From Pocillopora damicornis (Eukaryota): a stretch of 64,000 nt of DNA. Every line of letters starts with the position of its first letter. The first letter of the stretch is position 1. The translations under genes and the position numbers were made by a program. The stretch covers positions 1 through 64,000 of the forward strand of contig NW_020847757.1 in NCBI RefSeq assembly GCF_003704095.1, in the 5' to 3' direction. Positions 1-11,400 of the stretch are shown piece by piece. The notes under the pieces were generated by a model. It searched no databases, was not told the origin of the DNA, and was given only the letters and a program-made list of their open reading frames with translations.

Positions 1-1621
1 GGAACGAGGATGTCTCCACGCGACCGGCTCTCGCACGCGTGTGTCTAACGCTCTCTACAATCATAACCTCGAGGTTGGCTACACGTAAGCTAAAAAAATT
101 TATAAGCTTCTGGAGCGTTTTGTAATTGTAAGGACAATTTTGCCACTGATCCCTTAATGGAGTCAAAGCATTGTCCTGCCATCTGCTCGACGTTAGCCAG
201 TTTGTGAAACGTCGTCACGCATAAGATTCAATGCAGCTCAGCCGTTGCTGGTGGTCTTGCCATGCAACGCTTTTCTGTAAGACCAAACAACAGCTAATGA
301 GTTTCTTTCTCCAAGAATAAAACGTTTTGTATAAGTTATAGAAATACCTCTTTGTTTTCATGCGTCTTATTTTTTCCCACTTTACGTTCTCATCATTGGG
401 TCACGACCTGTCGGCGACGTCTACCGGCGGTACTGAAAAATGATCTTTCTATCTTTCGAAACCTATTGAGTGGTGTATGATTACTATAAAGGGGATTTAT
501 TTTTTTTCAAAATTTTTTTTAGATATGATTATTTTTGGCCGTCACCTAAGAATTCCCACCAAAAAATCATGACCGTCCATACACCTCATGGTGAAATTTC
601 GAAGTCTTCGACATTAGGTCAGAAAACATCAAAAACAACTAAACTATTCGTTACATTGGTGGTATTGCGCAATATAAATGTCACATCATGGGTTTCCCAC
701 ATACCACGGAGTTTTACTTGTAAGATATAGTGAAGGAGGCCTAATGATCAGCTCAGATCGGTAAGCTTTCCTAAAATTTACAGGCAACTTTGATCAATGA
801 TCCCGATGAAAAAGAGACAAAATCATTTAGTAAGGTATTCGAACCGAAAAGTATATAAGAATGCTGACTGAAATCGGTGACGGATAAAACAAGAGATGCT
901 TGATAAGCACATTGTTGTCAGATTGCGTCATATTCCTTCTTAACATTGATTTTGTTCTTTACATGATTGAAAACTAAGAAACGTATCTCCTTTGACTCTT
1001 AACGACCGTCTCGAACGTTAAGTATATCACAAATAACACGAATTTGCTCCGGAAACGATGCGACGTGCAGTTTTTCAGTTGCATCTGCATATATTTCCGG
1101 GTTACGGTAAATATTCAGAGCCTGTTCTTTGATCAGAATTGAATTAGATAAAGTGTTCTGCTCACTTTGTCTGAAGAATATGTACTCACCATTCTATACA
1201 CAACAGTTTAGCCGTGACAGCATCATAAATTGTAAGTTAAAGACTTAGTGAGCAAGGTCCATGGAGTCACCTTCGTTACTGATGTCTGCAAGTCGTGTGT
1301 GGCTAGTCTTACAAATCCCATCGTACTTTGTGGGTAAACAAAAGCGCATAGGTATGTAATACGTACAGATTTAACAAGTCAGCCACCGACCTTTTTTTAA
1401 ACTGGCATCCGATTTCAAAAAGTCTTTTCTCTTTAGCGTTGAACCAGAAGAAGAATCAGAAGAATACTTTCTCGTTCATCAATCGAAAACTGCTCAAAAG
1501 GCAGCCCAGTTCTATTCAATTGTGAGTTCTTTTCTAATCCATATTACACATTACCCATAATGGGTGTGTCTTATCGTTTTCCCTGAGCACCAAAGGATTG
1601 CAATAGGTTTGAGCCAGACTG

Positions 1622-1833
1622 TTAACCCTTTCACTCCCAAGATCAAATTAGTAATTCTCCTTGCTATCTGCTGTACAATTCTTATGATGTTAGTTTGGAG
1701 AATTTGGTAATGGATCAACTAATAATCCCATAATTGATATTCTTCTCTATTCTCATCACCTGCCTGCTTGATATTGTATTGATATTGTAAGGAGAAATTC
1801 TCTCTTGGTCACTTGTGGGAGTGAAAGGGTTAA
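1622..1833. mobile_element. TTAA-flanked piggyBac-type MITE (subfamily A)
   Basis: TTAACCCTTTCACTCCCA...TGGGAGTGAAAGGGTTAA terminal inverted repeats, about 210 bp. Related copies at 9006-9217, 11136-11343 (reverse), 38738-38942 and 48435-48645. Confidence 0.85.
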
Positions 1834-2234
1834 TATTAAAGGGAGATTGTACCCCCCCCCTTTGTGTTTTCTAATGTTCTTTTTTATCTTCTTCTTTTCC
1901 AGTCTAAGATTTTCTTTCTTGAAACAAGAGGTTTATCTTTTAGAGTCAAAAAATGTTTGTAGGAGAGTTAGGAAAAGGACAAAGAAGAAGAAAAAAACAA
2001 ATTTGGTCTCAAGAATTCAATGTGAAACACATGATTAGTTGGAGCACTTATGTCTAGAAAGGACTCAAGCCATTCCATCCAATATTGTTATATCATTAGC
2101 TCACTTGTATTTTTTTTAAAACAATTAAATACAAACTTGTCAACCTACAGGCTTTATAATTATCAACTTCAAAATTTTTCTCCTTACCTACTTTTACCTT
2201 GTTTGAAAGGGTAAGAAACTCACAAAGAAAGTAA

Positions 2235-2490
2235 GAGGGTAATTTAGTATTACCAACTGAGTTGATAACATAATTTGGCCACTGTAAAGAGTTTAAAAGC
2301 TGATGTTTCAAGTGTTAGCCCTTCATAATAGTGATTGATGAAGGGCTAACGTTCAAATTGTCAGCTTGTAAACTCTTTATGATGGCCAATTTATGATATC
2401 AACTCAGTTGATAATACTAAAGTACTTGTTGTTGTACTCTCCCACTGACACAGCACCACAGTTTCTTTAGAAAGTTACCCCTTTTATTTA
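2235..2490. mobile_element. Penelope-like inverted-repeat remnant with degenerate hammerhead-like cores
   Basis: Arms at about 2240-2326 and 2338-2425 are reverse complements (caactgagttgata...agctgatgtttcaagtgttagcccttcat / atgaagggctaacgttcaaattgtcagct...tatcaactcagttg). A single-arm relative lies at about 39580-39730. Confidence 0.6.
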
Positions 2491-2942
2491 CAAAAAATAT
2501 GTCAAACAAAGCAAGGTGAATTTTTGTGGTGTTTATAATTTAGATTCCAAGTACAAATTATTCCTTTACATGATAACACATGCATGTCAATTTAATTACA
2601 GCAGTCCAAATTTTTTTACCATTCCCTAATTGTGTGTAATGATATAAATAGAAAACTGCTCCCTAAGTAATGCCTTGTCATTGATTTTATGGTCACATGA
2701 CAAATTCTGGTCTTTTAGAGAAAAGAAATTAACCTTTAACTGCTCTGAGCAAGACTTTTCTTTTTCTTTTCTTAAATAATAATAATCTCTCATTGGCTCT
2801 TAAAATGGATAAACATGTGGTCCATGTTTCTTTTCTTGCGCATATTTAGATCTGGGATCCAGGATACCATAAAATTTTTTAACAAGAGTTCACAACAGAT
2901 CACATGAATCAGTTTATGAGCCACAGAGGTAAATATTGCAGA

Positions 2943-5245
2943 TCACCATCCAGATTCCCACACAGGTTTAGACATGGCTTTCCTCTGTGCAGATCGACTT
3001 GAACCACTGGAAATCCTTGAACTTGCTACACTTGCAGAATCACCAATCATGAAACTGGACTCACTGGAAGAACGTGACAAGTGGGAGACACTTCCTGTGC
3101 TGCTTTTTGCACTGCTTGGTCAGCTTCTTGAGGCCGTTTTTGAATATTGTTTCTGTTTAATATGTTCTTTGAGTAATGAGTCCCGTGATAATGTCCTTGT
3201 TGGTTTGACTGTTTGAAGCCTTTCAAGTAATTTCTGAAAAAAATATTCATAAAATTCTCATAATTAGTTTACCAGCAAATGTGTAGCTTCTAAAAGGGAG
3301 AATTTACAGTCAGATCTTGAGATTTAAAGGGTAAAAAAGAAGCAGTTTCAGTTGCAAAGATTACTAATATTTTCAAATCAACATTGATAGGTTATGAGTT
3401 AAACAAAGTCAAGTGTGGATGAATTTTACTGGCTTTGTGACAAGTAAAAATGTTATGGATAGCACACTTCTGAGGAAAATGTTGAAATTCATAATTGATA
3501 TAAGACCAAAGGAGATAAAAAAAAAAAAAAGAGAAATTCACATCCTCTGATGCTACATATTCCTGTGAGGTCTTCATATTAAGGATTAACTCCCAATCAG
3601 AGGAGCACCAACCTCCCAAAATATGAAACATTTTAAGATATTTGAATTGGAAGCACCTTCCCCTCCCTAAAAAATTGTCAGAGGACAGCTACGTTCCAGT
3701 CTCTCCTCTCAAGTGGAAAGTCATGTAAACCTTGTACATGTGTGCTTATTTCAACAGAGTTTGTATATTTAGGTGGGTTAGGTGGGGACACAATAAGAAT
3801 TAATTTTCATTCATGATTTATTAAGCAAGAAGGGTACTTATTTTTTATGTTTAGGCCAATTAGAGAGGTGGTCATTCAAGGGGGGGCGGGAGAGGGGCAA
3901 TCAATTCAAAGGATTATCATAATGACAATCCACAATCTAAAGAAAAATGTCAATATATTAAACTATCATTCAATTATCATGCAGAGGCCAAGAATTATCT
4001 GGAATTTCCCCTTTTACAGAAAAAAGATGAAAAGTCTTCTCCTGGATATATTATAAACTGTATGTTGGGTGACTGAGATATTTATTCAGTATTTGGGAGA
4101 ATCTTGATTATTACAGAAAATTGGGCATATATGCCCTCATAATGGAACATAAGCCAGTAAAGAGCAATATTTCGTTGATGTCCATTGAAATGAAAAGCAA
4201 GCAAATCAACCAAGGCAATCCATCTTTTGTTTTTTTTATGTTTACGCTTTCAGTGAATCATTTGATGTTGCTTGTTATGCATTAAAAAGTTCTGACCTCT
4301 CAAAATGATGGTTATCATAAAAACAGAGAAAGGTTGGGAAATAGCGCGCCTATTTAACATTCTACATGTTTTAATTTAGTCAAGTAGAGTGAAATACCTC
4401 GGCATATCTTCCTGTACATTGCGAGTGGTAAAAAATGCGTCAGCATTGCATAATTAATTCATCACGCAAAGCATAGTTTTCAAATATTAACGTTGTCAAA
4501 TATTATAAGATAACTATTTGCCTAAGAGTAAGAGGAGTGTTATCGAGTAACAGCGAAGCACAAACAATAAACTTACTGTGTAGATTTTGTCTGGTCAGAA
4601 TTTCGTTTTGCTTTTTTTCTTACTTGAAGGATTTTTTCAAGACTCATAATATCAAAGAGCCACTACAACACTTCTCGTAATACTAACCTGATTTTCCATA
4701 TCTACTTTTCGTTGAAACCTGTATCTGTTGACCTCAGACGAAGTTTGTACCCGTAAGGGTTCTGAAACAAGTTTCCTTGGTTGGGCAGACTTCGGTCTTC
4801 CTCTGTTTCTTGTTATTTCTTTTAAAAGTCTCTTATTTTCTCGATCAATAGCATCTACTGTGGCATTGCTGAAAGACATGTTTTTACGATCTAGAGGCCG
4901 AGGGCGGCGAGACTCGTTGAGATGTACAGCACTTCTTGGTCTCGATCTAGACGCCGAAGACACCGAGGAATGTCTTGAAGCAGTATCGTCGAAGTCTCTG
5001 TCCTTTTGAGTACTTTGCCGATCATCTTTCGAAGTCGGACCTCCACAGGTTTCCTCTGTTTTTGAGCTCTCTGTTGGTTTTTCATTCAGTTTCTCGTTAA
5101 TATCGAGAACGGCTTGAAGAAGGAGATTCAAATCTATCTGATCAGAATTAGGAAGCAAAAAATGCTCCTTTCTGAGACGGTCGTTGGTTTTATCACGACA
5201 TTCGCTCCCCGTAGAACTCCTGCGATGAGGTTCCGTGGACGCCAT
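2943..5245 (-). CDS. CFAP97: Cilia- and flagella-associated protein 97-like (KIAA1430 domain), 2 exons; in-frame TGA at 3120-3122
   Basis: Exon 1 is 5245-4688 (aacATGGCG start, CAG|GTTAGT donor). Exon 2 is 3233-2943 (ttttcAG acceptor, phase 0). The spliced protein reads NMSFSNATVDAIDRENKRLLKEI...SSEVNRYRFQRKVDMENQ|KLLERLQTVKPT, matching the CFAP97 family motif, and ends KPVWESGW*. Confidence 0.85.
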
Positions 5246-5285
5246 GTTTCTTTCCGAACCGTCTTCTTCGGAAACGATAGGTCCG

Positions 5286-5299
5286 GTTACCATAGTAAC
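5286..5299. promoter_or_regulatory. RFX X-box GTTACCATAGTAAC in the CFAP97/TDRD3 bidirectional promoter
   Basis: Matches the X-box consensus GTNRCC(N0-3)RGYAAC and lies about 40 bp upstream of the ATG of a ciliary gene. Confidence 0.75.
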
Positions 5300-5430
5300 T
5301 GCTAACAACGGGCAGAATTGTCTTAGAGCCCAGACTTCTTCCGCGGGGTAAAATCTGAATAAGCGGTCAAATCTATCCTTACAGCGGTTTCTGACTGAAC
5401 AGCCTTCTTGTGGAAGAATTTCGTCGTGGC

Positions 5431-8400
5431 ATGGAGGCAAAGTTGAAAGAAAATGGATGGTGGGTACTCATTTTAAATTGTTGAATATCCATTCTCCTGC
5501 TACATCTGTTTTCGTTCACAAACATGCAGCCTTGCACTTAGCTTTTTGCCTTGCGCGCTTGGTTTTTTTATGCTCATTTAGGCGAGAAAATAGAGAAGTT
5601 GCGGTTTTCTCGTGTGCGCTTCACGCTCAACACATAACTAGATCTGTTGCGCAGATCGCCTTGAAAGCTGTTGTTGTTTCTTTCGATGAAACGATTATTT
5701 CGCCTTCCAGGTTTCTTTCCTCCGAAGGGATTGCAGAGTGTGAAAGGGTTTGCAACAAAGAGAAGCCATCTTACCAGGAGCTCTCAAAGGCAGCCCTTAA
5801 TGTGAGTATTGGAAGCCCAAAACACGTCGAAGGAAACAAAGATGTTGGAAAAGATCTTGTCTTTGCTTTGTTACACGATTGCTCTCTAAACTGATCACCT
5901 CCTTGCTGTATTAATGTAGTCTTTTAATGGTGCTAGACGGAGTTTACTTGTCACAGAAGATTTTAGCCACTGCTCATTAAATATGAACATTTTAAAGTTT
6001 AATGCACTCATGAATCGGCTTGTGACGGGACATCCAGCTAAATATTTTGGTTTGTTTCAATTGATTTTTTGATGAAGCGTATCTCATCTTTTGCCTAGGT
6101 TGTTTTTTCACCACGTAAAACCGTGAAAATCGTGCCTGGTATCCTTGATTTTGCATTTTTCTCGAAATCGCCAATCGATCCCCATGGAAAAAAGTGCAGT
6201 GAATGAATGTTAGAATTTCTCACTTGAAATGGACGTGTGTGTAATGATTCTAAACCATCTGTGGTCGTGAATAATTTGTAAAAACTTAAACCACTGATGT
6301 ATGTATTATCCTCAAATCTAGTACATCATGTATTCCACTGAATTGTTTCCATATTTGCTTGGAATATCAAGGATTATTTGTTATGTACATATGAACACAT
6401 CTAATCTCCTTGTACATCTCCACCTGTACATTGGATGTTATTGCCTTGTGTAAAGCACAGCTGTAAAGGTATCTTGTTTGTCTGTAGAGTGTCCATATTT
6501 GTGAGAGTAACCATGAAATTATTTAAGCTTTCGCTGAAAGCTGTAGGTAGTCCAGTAGATTAACTTGCCTCCAGGAATGAAAAAATTTTCCCTCCTTACT
6601 CCATGCCTGCAAAAATCTCTGACTTCACTATTTTGCCTTTCATTTTTTTTTAGTCTTATCAATGTGATCACTATTATCTAAGTTGTAAGAAATATTTTGC
6701 ACTCTGTGCAGAGAATTGATCTTAAGATTCAAGAGTGAAAAGATTCTGTGAATAAAACAATGAATCTGTCATTCTTTTCATTAATCAATCAGTTTTATTT
6801 TTCCATTTTAGCTGGACTTGAAACAATATGGCATGAAACATCTTCCTGATGACATCAACCGTGGAAAGGTGGAATCAGTAAGTTTATTTTACTGTAAATT
6901 TAATTAAAAAATAAATTTAATTGCTACTGGCAAGGATCCTGAAATCTTGGGAGCTTTAGGTCAACCCTCTGTTTGGCTTGGTCACATTTTGGGAGACCAA
7001 AGGCTGGGCAGGGTCAATTACATTTGGGTTCTTTTTGTGTCTTAGATTAAATTCTCCCTATCAAGTGAGGAGAAATACAGCAGGCATGGGTTTATGACTC
7101 TGACTTGTATAAGTGATCAGCATATAAATTCTCCCCTCAACTTTGATGAATATTCAGGCAGACATTGATGAGAATTAACCCTCTACTAATGTAGCAGACA
7201 GAGGGGACTAACTAGCAGATCAGATCAGATGAAATCTTGGAAGTGAAAGGGTTAAAGCTACACCAAATTCACAGGATTTCTGAACAGTTGGTGTGAAGTT
7301 TTGGCACCTACATATCTACATCAGTAAGATTGAGTAAAATTTTGTTTGAATTTTCAACAGGTCAATGGGCCTATGGTCCTGCAAGTGCAAAAGCTACGAA
7401 ATGTTTCTGCTCCAAAAGCTAACGAAGACTCAAACCATTCACCAAGATTATTGAAGGTTCAGCTGACAGATGGCCATTTGACTTGTAATGGATTAGAAAT
7501 GGCATCCATTCCAAACCTCAGGTACACAAAGAGAGTTGTTGCTTATTAAATGATAATTTAAGCTTGCACATGTAATTTTATTAACCCTCAAACTCCCAAG
7601 ATCTGATTGTTAATTCTCTCCTCTAGCTGCTATATGTTTCCTTGAAAATAAGTTATGAGAATTTGGTATTAAATCAAGATAACACCGTAAACCTGATAAG
7701 TTTGAATATTCTTATCACCTGTTTGCTGGATAATGTTTAGATATAATAGGGAGAAGTTACTTGTTAATCACTCCTGGGAGTTAAAGGGTTAACATGTAAT
7801 TTACTCTTACATGATGCAGTAAAAATGTGATGGGAATAGATAAGTTTATCAGCTACGGGATGTTACCTTGATTTACTATAAAATTCTCCCAGCTCATGTA
7901 GAAGGAAATGCACAGCTTCATGAAGGGAGAATTGAGGATTCAAACAGATTATGGAAGGTTTAGTGTTAAGGCTCTTGACCACTACCAGCCTTGGAACTAT
8001 TCACATATTTCATACTGTAACAATGAAATTTTTCTCACTGGTAGCAGCTTTGTCAGAAAGTTTATTTTGTTTACTTGCGTCACAAAAATGATCTAGAATC
8101 TATTATCCCAGTCCCATTGTGACAGAGTGGCAGGTCCCTGTTAACCCTTAACTCCCAGAGGTGATAAATATGTAACTTTTCCCTATAATATCCATACATT
8201 ATTCACAAAAGAGTGATAAGAATAGGCAATATTATCAGGTAGAAGTCATTATCTTGATCTTACACCAAATTTCCCTAACTGATTTAGAAGGAAATGTGTA
8301 GCAGCTAGAGGAGAGAATTAACAATTAGATCTTGGGAGGTTAAGGGTTAATTAAGCAGCTATGATTTAAGATCATCCTTTTGAGTGCATGGCTGCAAACA

Positions 8401-11400
8401 GTTTAGTCTTGTCAAGTCATGTGAGGAAAATAATTTCCTACAGCTCTTTTACCATGGCTGTTTAAGAAATTTTCTTTCCAATGCAAAATCTTGCCTACAC
8501 GAAGCAAGGGGATAATATTTTTTTTTTACTTTCTGTATGCTGCTGTAGGTATGGAACATGTAATTTTATTATTTGCTAGATTGTAATCATTAGTTGGTAA
8601 AGAGCCATCTAGTTGAAACTTTTTCAATTAACCATTATTATCAAATTGAATATAATAATAATTATTATAATAATAATATTATTATACATTGATTTTCACT
8701 TGATTTGCAAATGAGATTGTGTGATGTGATCATATATTTGTCTTTTGTTCAAACAGCTTATCAATTCCTCCTGGAACCAAGGTTTACTTAACAGGCTCCA
8801 TTACTGTTCAGGAGAGCTTTCTGATGCTGGATGCTAACAACACAAGGGTCTTAGGGGGAGAGGTGGAGAAACTGAAGGAAAAGTGGGAGCTAAATAAGGT
8901 TAGAACTTTCCATATGTTATTGTTCAGAGGTGTCCCTTTTTGGAGTTGTTTTAAGCTTGTTTTTAATTTGAGGTTGTATGCCATTGATTGCAAGTCTACT
9001 ATGAGTCAACCCTTTAACTCCCAAGATCTCATTTGTAATTCTCCTTACTGTCTACTGTACAGTTCTTGTGATGTTAGTTTGGAGAATTTGGTATTGGATC
9101 AACTAATGATCCCCTAATTGATATTTTTCTTTTTTCTCGTCACTTGTCTGCCTGTTATTGTATTCATATTGTAAGGAGAAGTTCTCTCTTGGTCATTCAT
9201 GAGAGTTGAAGGTTTAACATGATTTCACATAAGCTGTATATACTGTAGGTTTATTTTTTGGAAAAATTAAACTTTGGATAGAAAAAATAACAACATATTG
9301 ATAAACGCAATGTAAAAATTTACAAAATTGGACGATTTAATCATTTGATGATTTGTTGAGGGTTGCTTCCATATAAAATGTAAAGATTCTTTGATCTCAA
9401 GTTGGAAACCTCTGGAAGTGTGATATCATGCAGTTAAAGGTGTAAGCAATCAGGAGAACAGAGAGTGTGACATTGCTGAGAATTTTAAAAATGTTTGAAA
9501 TAACTTGGTGCTTGTATGCAGATGTGGAAAAAAGAAACATTTCCAGAAATATCTATAAATTGCTATAATAAACCTCCTGCCACACTTGTGTCTATCCAAG
9601 ATCGTTTTTACTGGCTGGAAGCAAGGGAAGTAGTGTATGTTACTTGTGGGATGGGGGCATCTAGAGAATCAGGTACAAGGCCAATATTACAAAAAAAAGT
9701 TGTTTGTTAAGGAAGGTCAAATCTTCTCATAAAATTGGACATATTTCTTGTGCATTGTAGCTCCTGTAAAACAGGTCACTGAATCAGTTTTAACGAACCT
9801 TTGTCTTTTTCTCCCCTTTTTAGACCTTAGCTAAGCATTCTCGCATGACTGTGAGTGGAGATGGGCCTCCTCCATTTGTTCCTTTCAGTCAAGGAACCCA
9901 ACCAGGAATTGAGAACAGAGGAAGATCAGCAGAGAACACCAAAGGTTGGTTTTTAGTTACAACTCACACTGATGCTCTCCAGGACTATAGGGGGGCATAA
10001 AGATTATAGATGATTTAGCCTGAAACATTTTTGTTGAGTGCTTCAATTTATTTGTTTATTAATTAGCAATATTAATGCAGGCTGGCCCAGTTCAGCTGGG
10101 TTGAACAGGGACTTGCTAACAACATGAACAACAACAACAGCATGAACAACTTCCTCTCTGCAATCAGAGGTTTTCATTTGGTTTAATTCAAATTATGCTA
10201 TATTTTTATTGACACTATATTTTTATTGGCACTAATGGTTGTTGACACCCCTGAACACGAAACTCCAAGGTAATTGACAAAAGGTTTGAATTATCAAGAT
10301 TCTCTTTTTTTGTTGCAGTGAATGGTGTGGTACAAAATAGCACAGAGAAATCAAGAAGTGTACAGAGCAAGGATGGTTTTGGTCCACCCCCAAGATCCAG
10401 AACAGCAGAACATGGACAACATAACAAGCCTGTCAATCAAGAACAAAGGGAAGGTACAGCGAAAAAATTTTCACACAACTCCCGCGATGAACGAACAGAG
10501 AGCAAAAGGCCAAATACTGAAAAAGCAAATGAAAAACTCACATCTGAAGGTAAAACAAGTTTAAGTAATCCCAAAGACAAAGAGACAAGATCTTTTAATT
10601 CAGAACCACACAATAATGAAAGAGCCAGGGAAGGAAATCAAGGAAATGATGACCGACAAAACAATAGAGCAGATCGCAATGAGAGGATGGACAGACCAGT
10701 TGCAAGAGGGCAGCCTCTGAGACCACAGGCAAGTTAAATGATCATTGGGAACTGTTTAAATGCTCTTAAATGTTTGTCTAGAATTATTCTACTTGTGCAC
10801 CCAACATTTGACTTAGTGATATGGCTTCGTTCTAAAGTATAAGAGGGTTAGAATACCCCCCTTTTGGGTGAGAATGTTATAATGTACAGAGATTTATAAT
10901 GGAAACCAATTTGGAAGCATGTGAGATTTTATTTGTTCATTGTCAATTTTTGTTTCAAAGAAAGTAATTTTGAATCTGATAGATGGCTGATTGAATTGCT
11001 CTGGTTTTATTTTAATTGATATAAATTATTAGTTTTAGCTATTAAATTTTTTTTCCCCAAGCAGGATACTAACAGAGGAGGTACAAGACCACGAGGCCGT
11101 GGAGGAAAACGAGAGCCAGCAGGTAAGAGGTTCTTTTGACCCTTTAAGTCGCACTAGTGACCAAGACAGAATTTCTCCTTACACTATTAGTACAATATCA
11201 AGCAGACAAGTAATGAGAATAAAGAAAAATATGAATTAGGGGATTATTGGTTGATCCAAATCCAAATTCTCCAAACTAACATCATAAGAATTGTATGGTA
11301 GACAGTAAGGAGAATTACTGATAAAATCCTGTCATAGGGTTAATAATAACCAATAGATAGGTCTCGCCAAGTTGGATGCAACTTACAAGGTAACAAACAC

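Noticed and set aside
1-300. Possible terminal exons of an upstream gene
   Set aside because: A donor-like GTAAGC is present near 85, but I found no recognisable protein or consistent frame.
3120-3122. Selenocysteine codon in CFAP97
   Set aside because: The context predicts Arg (RPxSA), not Cys, there is no redox motif, and I recognised no SECIS downstream.
5246-5440. N-terminal extension of ORF 4652-5440 (MPPCHDE...)
   Set aside because: It starts at TTG, overlaps the TDRD3 start and runs through the X-box promoter. ATG 5245 has the better context.
5457-5894. 145-aa ORF as an independent gene
   Set aside because: It is read-through of TDRD3 intron 1, exon 2 and intron 2; only 5711-5801 is coding.
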